From: Octopus sinensis
Lineage: Eukaryota
Direction: 5' to 3'
DNA length: 14,908 bases
NCBI RefSeq assembly: GCF_006345805.1
Contig: NW_021825660.1
Coordinates: 1-14,908 of the forward strand
This document shows, in pieces, positions 8,714 to 14,908 of the stretch; position 1 is the stretch's first letter, and each line of letters begins with the position of its first letter. Made by a program: the position numbers and the translations under genes. The notes under the pieces were generated by a model. It saw only the letters and a program-made list of their open reading frames with translations. It was not told the DNA's origin and made no database searches.

Positions 8714-9020
8714 ATGTCTGGACGTGGTAAAGGTGGCAAAGGAGGAAAGAGTGGTGCAAAACGATTTCGAAAGATATTAATTGACAATATACAAGGAATA
8801 CTAAGCCAGCAATAAGAAGACTATGTCGAAGGGGGTGTTCGAAGAATTTCTGGAAAAATTTACGAGGAGACACGTTCTGTCCTTAAGATTTTTATTGAGC
8901 AAACTGTTCGTGATTGTATTTCTTATACTGAACATGCCAAAAGAAAAAACTGTTATCGCAATGGACGTTGTTAATGCCTTGAAACGTCAAGGTAGGACAA
9001 TTTACGGATTTGGTGGATAA
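8714..9020 (+). CDS. H4: Histone H4, divergent (102 aa reconstructed; indels at ~8800, ~8830 and ~8945)
   Basis: [102 protein letters not shown]. The 5' half is confirmed by the intact-frame copy at 14608-14765. Confidence 0.95.
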
Positions 9021-9097
9021 ATTATACATAATTTTTTTAATAAAATACATTGATATTCCTTACAAATTAACCAGATAAAAATTAGCAATTTCATAAA

Positions 9098-9146
9098 GGT
9101 ACTTTTGTCGATCTAAAAAAACTGCGACCACTTCGACAAAAGTACC
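9098..9146. repeat. Perfect 14-bp inverted repeat (GGTACTTTTGTCGA) with a 21-nt spacer
   Basis: 9098-9111 ggtacttttgtcga and 9133-9146 tcgacaaaagtacc, between the convergent 3' ends of H4 and H3. Confidence 0.95.
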
Positions 9147-9170
9147 ATCATTTTTTATTTAAAATACAAA

Positions 9171-9578
9171 TTATGTTTTTTCACCTCGAATCTTCTCGAT
9201 AAATGCATATCGTTTGGCATTATAGTTACTCTTTTTCCGTGAATTGCGCACAAATTACTATCTTCAAAAATTCCAACTAGGTAACTCTCTGCCGCTTCTT
9301 GGAGAGCGACAATCGCTGACGATTGAAAACGCAAATCAGTTTTGATAACTGAGCGGTTTCTCTCACGAGTCTCTGGAATGGAAGTTTTCGTAGTAACAAA
9401 TCAGTGCTCTTTTGATATCGTCTAATTTCTCGCATTGCAACAACTCCAGGTCGAAATCGATGAGGTTTCTTTACCCCTCCAAATTGTGAAACAGACTTGC
9501 GAGCAGATTTTGCAGACAATTGTTTCTTGGAACTTTTGCTCCAGTAGATTTTCGAGCAGTTTGTTTAGTTCTAGCCAT
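9171..9578 (-). CDS. H3: Histone H3, divergent (copy 2; three 1-bp deletions)
   Basis: Reverse complement of 5836-6249. 408 bp vs the 411 expected; missing bases at ~9529, ~9349 and ~9190. Confidence 0.94.
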
Positions 9579-9621
9579 ATTTTTTTTATTTCAGACAGCA
9601 GTTTCAGGCTAGTTATTTTTG

Positions 9622-9695
9622 TTTTATATAGTTAAACAACATTATTCCGAATTTTTTCGAGTGATGCAAAAAAGTATCATTCCGAAAATTTTTTG
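9622..9695 (-). promoter_or_regulatory. H3 promoter copy 2 (TATA box and TTCGGAAT/TTTTGCAT block)
   Basis: Reverse complement of 5717-5790. Confidence 0.6.
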
Positions 9696-9840
9696 GTTAA
9701 ATCACTCATCATTTTTAAAATTAAAAAATTAAATATTTTTAAAATAATATTTTATCAGCACCATCAAATAATTGTAACTATTGCTTAAATTGATGAATTT
9801 TTCGAGATTACAGACTAAATTACTAGTGAACTAATTAAAG

Positions 9841-10060
9841 AAAAAACAGAGAACGATCAGATCCCGGTCAAAAGAATAGCTTGGTGTTCCGCGCATGATG
9901 TACCAGAGATCCTCTGTCTTAGCCAAGAAGATTCGCTTGCATCCATGTTTCTCCGAGCGATAAGGAGGCAGACGTGTTTTAAGAACTTGGATGTTTGCGG
10001 GACAAAGGCTGCGGAGATCTCGAATGCCAAAGGGACAATTACTAGTTGCATTTGGATTGT
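9841..10060. other. Element X, copy 2
   Basis: Reverse complement of ~5350-5571; differs by two 1-bp indels near 9887-9900. Confidence 0.55.
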
Positions 10061-10109
10061 TGAAATAGTTTTTAAAGAACAAATAAATAAAACCATTATT
10101 TTTAAAGTG

Positions 10110-10474
10110 TTATTTTGTATTCGTGTACTTAGTAACTGCCTTTGCACCCTCTGTAATAGCATGTTTTGCCAATTCACCGGGAAGAATCAGACGAACTGCA
10201 GTCTGTATTTCACGTGAGGTAAGGTAGCCTTCGAATTCTGATAGACTAGATTTGATGCCTCGGTTTTTATTTTGTCATAAACATCAAATGTGAAACTGTC
10301 CATAGCCATCATAGCCTTCTTTGACATCCCAAGTTGATTATGTACTGTCTTTAAAATTTTCATAAGATATATGGAAAAAGTTTTCCTTTTCTTTTTTTTC
10401 TTTGTAGCAACAGAAACATTTTTGCTTTTTATAGGAGCTCTTTTTTGTCCCTTTGTGCTAACTTTAGGTGCCAT
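10110..10474 (-). CDS. H2B: Histone H2B, divergent (copy 2; one 1-bp deletion at ~10222)
   Basis: [84 protein letters not shown]|[37 protein letters not shown] (121 aa reconstructed). Confidence 0.94.
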
Positions 10475-10621
10475 TATCCACAAAATTTGCAAGTTCTGGA
10501 GGAGGAAAAATTTATTAGTTAAGGGAGGCAGTTAAAAACTAACTAAGTAGACCTTCGGCATCGCTGCCTTTTCAGTCTCCATCACACACACGCCTCCCTA
10601 CACACAACCACAAGTTAAGAC

Positions 10622-13230
10622 TTACCGCCTTACCTGCCATCCAGAAATAATCTTCTCTAGGACCTCAGAGAGGCCTTTGAGGGATGATTCCTGGGCGTCG
10701 GAGAGCTCAGTCCGGAATCCTAAGCCATAGGCTAGCCTTATGGCTCGTCTTCTAACTTTTTTAAGCACGTCAACATGCTTATGCCTTATCCCTGTCCTCA
10801 TAGAGGTACCAAGCGTGGACGCCATAGGTCAAGACGGGTAACACCATGGCGTTAAACACGCGGAACCAGGCACCTCTGCTCAAGCGGAAAGCACGCAACG
10901 CACCTAATCGCTGCATTGCACGCATTTTCGTACGTGCAATGTGATCATCAAACTTACCGGACGGCTTAAAGAGCACGCCCAATAAGTCATCCGATCAACT
11001 GCAGCGATTGCTGACCCGCTCAGCAATAACCTAGGAACAAATTAGTGTAACCCCTCGTCCTTTTACAGACTTTAAGGACACTGCACTTGTCCGCGCACAT
11101 TCTCAGACCCCTACTCCCACACCAGTTTGCAAGTCCATCCACAGCAACCTGAAGCCTACGACACGCACACTCCGGTTTCATTGAGTGATCCAGAGGATAA
11201 GTCGTCTGCATAGATTACCATTTCAGTACGAGCATTGACTGGCATAGGCGCAGTGGCCATAAACACATTGAATAGTGTCGGACTGAGCACAGAGCCCTGA
11301 GGGACCCCGCGAAGGACTGTTGCGACTTTAGAAAAGACCCCCTGATGCCGCACGACCTGTCTGCGAGATTCAAGAAACCCCGACAGCCAGCGCCTTAGAC
11401 ACGGAGAAACCCCGCACGTGGCAAGGGAACTCCGGAGGCCGTCGTGCCACACCGAGTCGAAGGCCTTTTCAATGTCGAGACTAACTAAAATACCGCATTC
11501 CCTTTTCTGGAGGGCGCTCTTCATACTAGACGACACCTTGTGAAGGCAGTCCCCGCATGAGCGGCCCTCCCTGAAGCCCCATTGGAACTCAGGGAGGGCG
11601 TCTGCCACCATCAGCCCCTCCAGGAGCCTTTGGTGCATAATTCTTTCTAGGATTTTAGATATCGCGGGGAGCAAGGAAATGGGCCTATATCCCCCGGGGA
11701 CATCATGTGGCTTCCCGGGTTTTCCGATAAGGATCACCTCAGCTACTTTCCACCTGGAAGGAATCATCCCAAGTCGCAAGCTCCCGTTAAATAAAACCTT
11801 TAGCGCAGTGATTAACCGCGGCGGGGCCTTCTTAAAGATGGCCATCGGGATCCGATCCAAGCCCGCCGCGGTGTTCTTACTTCGGGAGATTGCTGCCAGA
11901 TCTCCGCTTCAGTAATTTCGCCTGCATCGTCCATTGATATATCCAGCTGGCAGCGCTTGTCCCACGACAATATCTGCTGGACAGTATCAAAGGACGATGT
12001 CTCTACGAACTGACTTCCGTCAGTTCCCGAGATGTCATTGAGATGGGCTGAAAGTATTTCAACCACCTCAACCGGGTCCGAAGCGAGGGTTCCATCAGAG
12101 CGTTTAAGGCGCACTGACTTAGCCCCCCTTCTCCCCGACAGGCTCTTCAACTGCTTCCAGAAGTCCGGAAAGCGAGGGTCCACCCTTCGGCAGGCCCTCT
12201 CCCCCGCGAACTTTCGAGTTCGCGGATTTCTCTTCGGATCTCCCTCTGAAGCCGGCTAATCCAGCCACGAAACCAACACGGTTCTCCTCGTAAATGCATT
12301 TGTCCCGTAGTCTGGATAGCCGGCGCTTGAACCTAATTTTATTTAAGATCCGGTGAGGGAGCGTGGAATGTGACTGACCCTGCACTGAGTTCTGTTTGAA
12401 ATTATCTCGCATGTAATCAGTCAGGGCAGCATTGATTCCATTATCAAGCGCCTCCAACTCACGTATGTTGGCGCAGGTTTCCCCACCAGAAGTGAGGGCA
12501 ACCTGCTGGCCATGAAACTCTCCAGGTTAGCCCAGGAACCCACCCGGAGGTCAAAGTATCCTGGGACCCTTTGAGGAACTGGCTCACGGAGTTCGTGCAA
12601 TAGAGGCAGATGGTCGCTCCCAATATCGGGCAATAAAATAGTTTTACTAACCCAATTTAGAAGACCGGGACTGACCAGAGCAAGCCCTAGCCAGTCACGT
12701 CCTCCCCTCGTGTCGACGTGGTTTGGCTCGCTCGAGGTCCGGATTTCCAGCCCGAGTTCTTCAATCAGCGTCTTCAGAGCCAAACCATGCGAGTTGGTTA
12801 CCCTGAAGCCAAGATCTTGATGCTTGGCATTCAGGTCCCCAACAACCATGGCCTTCGGATGCTTTTCAAAGAACTCCCGTACTGCCAGGAGCACGCCGTA
12901 AAGTTCTTCGAGTACATCCCTCCTAGGTAAAATGTAAGCTCACCTATGCGAATTCTCACTTGGAGGAATTCACATAGGCTACATAAACATAAACCTGAAC
13001 TTTGTAGGGGAAGGTACGGCTTGTAGAAGAGGCTAGTTCCCGTGCCACATATTGACCCTTCTTCCAGGGTATGTGACGACAGTTGTAGCCATCAACTACG
13101 TACGGACCCCCCCTTATCTTCGTTTCGTTGACCACCAGAATGTCCGCACTCGTGGTGGCCAACATCCTCTGAACGGCGTCCCTTTCCCTTCCAGGGAACG
13201 CGCGTTCACCGATATGATGTTGAGCATCAT
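10622..13230 (-). pseudogene. LINE ORF2: APE endonuclease + reverse transcriptase, multiply frameshifted
   Basis: MMLNIISVNARSL (start 13230); DILVVNETK; VVGDLNAKH; DIGSDHLP; YRPISLLPAISKILER; LDIEKAFDSVWHDGL; GVPQGSVLSP; YADD; LPVLTYG. Stop at 10622-10624. No RNase H or C-terminal CCHC seen. Confidence 0.92.
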
Positions 13231-14607
13231 ATCGGTTCTTCGCCAAGGATCTTCTTGGCCTCGGCAACGTTGCAGTGTAGCATTTCATCTACACTGCAAT
13301 TCATCTCCCTACAAAATTTTAATAGGGAAACGCATAATTGCACCGCAGGACTAATACTGTCCTGCGGTACACGCTCGCCAGGGGCTGAGTGCAATGGCAT
13401 CTCCACGTATGGAGGACGCCTTTTCAGCCCCAGGTTGTGCCGGACGGTGCCCGCCGTTTAGCCGCCTCGGAAGGCATTGCCGCCTTAGGCAACCAAGCGG
13501 ACTCGGAAGCTTTCGCCTGCTTTGCCAACTTTGTCGGCGAAGGCTGCACCGACCCACACGCAGCATGGCTCACAGGTTCCACTGGCTTCGCCACCCTAGC
13601 GGGTTTGGGAGGTTTGGCCAGTATCGCCTGCTTGTCAGGTTTTGGGGCAGGGGGCGCGACGCGAGGCGGGCGCCTTACCTTTGGGATTACATCCCCACCT
13701 ACCTTTCGGGTTGCCTCCTTAAACTTGGGGCAGCCTCTGAAGTTGGCAGTGTGTCCTAACTTACCGCAGTTGACACACTGCCTCTCCTTGGATGGTGAGG
13801 GGCACGTCTTGCGACCATGCTCTCCACCGCAGATAAGGCACTTAGCCTTATCCGTGCACTTCGTAGAGATGTGCCCGAACCCCTGACACCGAAAGCATTG
13901 GGTTGCTTTCGGGCGGGGCCAGGCAGCTCGGATCCTAATGTAGCCGATCCTGGTACCAAGAAGTACCAGGCGCTCGGCCTCTGCAGGAGATCCCAGTGTT
14001 AGCTCCGCCACTTCAAGAGGGCGATTACCCTGCTTGAAGCGTGCAATGGCAGAGGCACTGGGGTACTCCTGCAGCAGGTGATCTAGGAGGTCATTATCCT
14101 CGAAGTCCCGAGGAACCCCGAGGAGGAGGACACTTACCTTTCTTACCTTACGTTCGATCCTGACTAGGCGATGCATGCCAGGACCGAACGGATTTGACTT
14201 CTCCAACTCCCCTTTGAAGTTGGAGAAGTCCTCCTTCTCCCATCCAAGCAGAATTGGGTGGGTTCCCTCTTCAGGACTCTATACAGCTTTGAGGCTGGAT
14301 AGAGTCCAGACACCTAAAATTTTTATGACCGAGGCCTTCCCACTAATAGGGAGGACCTCAAGTCGTGCCACAGCACCAAAGGTAATTCTACACCCCCGGC
14401 GCCAGTGGTCTTCTTGGGTGTGCATCCACCTGGGCGGACACACACCCAGTACCTAAAACATTAGGGGGGGTTGGACGGCCGGCAACACGTTTGGGTTTCC
14501 CCACCGTGTGCCAACCGTCCTCGGGTGAAACCTTATTTCCTGCCGAGGAAGAAGAGTCTCCAGTGAGTGCTGAACCCACGTGGGAGGGTCCAGGCTTCTT
14601 CTTCCTT
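13227..14607 (-). pseudogene. LINE ORF1 (Gag-like nucleic-acid chaperone), N-terminally truncated and disrupted
   Basis: QCFRCQGFGHISTKC, CLICGGEHGRKTC, CVNCGKLGHTANFRGCP (three-knuckle ORF1). [12 protein letters not shown] near the N-terminus. Ends ..EAKKILGEEPI* with TGA at 13227-13229. Frameshift ~14450, in-frame TAG ~14280, frameshift(s) ~13425. Confidence 0.88.
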
Positions 14608-14765
14608 TCCTCGTAAATTTTTCCAGAAATTCTTCGAACACCCCCTCTTCGACATAGTCTTCTTATTGCTGGCTTAGTAATTCCTTGTATATTGTCAATT
14701 AATATCTTTCGAAATCGTTTTGCACCACTCTTTCCTCCTTTGCCACCTTTACCACGTCCAGACAT
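14608..14765 (-). pseudogene. H4: Histone H4 5' half (codons 1-53), truncated by and fused in frame to the LINE
   Basis: Identical in translation to H4 up to ..ISGKIYEE. Identity with the 8714-9020 copy ends at aaatttacgagga (14608), then continues as [10 protein letters not shown].. (ORF 14388-14765). Confidence 0.93.
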
Positions 14766-14908
14766 TAGGAAAAATTCTCTAAATAAACACTATTTTCAAC
14801 CTATGCAAAAAAAGTATCATTGCCAAATTTTTTCGACTAATGCAAAAAAGGACCATTCCGAAAAAATTTTCAACTAAATTTCGGAATGCCATTTTTTTTA
14901 TTATGTAA
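14766..14908. promoter_or_regulatory. H2A/H4 bidirectional promoter, copy 2 (inverted; H2A predicted beyond the window edge)
   Basis: Reverse complement of ~8571-8713 with small indels and one substitution (gcaatgctac vs gcaatgatac). Confidence 0.75.

Larger units (their letters stand above)
9147..10161 (-). repeat. Inverted segmental copy of 5248-6273 (H2B 3' end - X - H3 promoter - H3)
   Basis: Base-level reverse-complement identity apart from scattered 1-2-bp indels and rare substitutions. Identity stops at 9147/6273. Confidence 0.95.
10511..14607 (-). mobile_element. I/Jockey/R1-group LINE (ORF1 Gag + ORF2 APE-RT), 5'-truncated, ~4.1 kb, GC-rich
   Basis: Three Gag zinc knuckles, APE and RT motifs, ~110-nt 3' UTR ending at AATAAA (10511-10516, minus). 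The 5' end abuts H4 at 14608. The 3' boundary is uncertain by ~20 bp. Confidence 0.9.

Noticed and set aside
9845-9905. U6-like strings in X (ACAGAGAA; tagcttgg..gcgcatgatg)
   Set aside because: The spacing between the ACAGAGA box and the AGC triad is wrong, the ISL is not conserved, and there is no T-run terminator on that strand.
9860-10050. Histone-fold (NC2/DRAP1-like) resemblance of the X open frame (IPVKRI..FL..NAKGTITS)
   Set aside because: Helix spacing does not fit and there is no start codon; probably pattern over-reading.
13052-14002. Plus-strand ORFs up to 165 aa over the LINE
   Set aside because: Antisense shadows of GC-rich Gag/APE coding sequence.
10491-14620. Conventional direct target-site duplication around the LINE
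   Set aside because: The flanks are H4 coding sequence on one side and H2B leader on the other; no direct repeat was found.

Overview
AT-rich eukaryotic DNA containing a rearranged cluster of divergent core-histone genes: H2B x2 plus a 3' fragment, H3 x2, H2A x1, and H4 x1 plus a truncated copy. The cluster abuts an ~87-bp modular satellite and carries three mobile elements: (1) an R4-type RT/RLE non-LTR retrotransposon inserted in the satellite (~794-4415, minus); (2) a Tc1-type DD34E DNA transposon between H3 and H2A (6477-7940); (3) a GC-rich I/Jockey/R1-group LINE (Gag + APE-RT; ~10511-14607, minus) whose 5' end is fused in frame to codon 53 of H4 and whose 3' end lies just upstream of H2B. 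The most economical reading is a unit H2B> X H3> <H2A H4> present as two oppositely oriented arrays that meet at a perfect 14-bp inverted repeat (9098-9146). The left array joins the satellite through a fold-back inverted duplication of H2B. X is an unexplained ~210-bp GC-richer element between H2B and H3. Almost every gene is broken by 1-2-bp indels that differ between otherwise near-identical copies, which suggests sequencing or consensus error, so gene intactness cannot be judged here. The host organism cannot be identified from the sequence alone.
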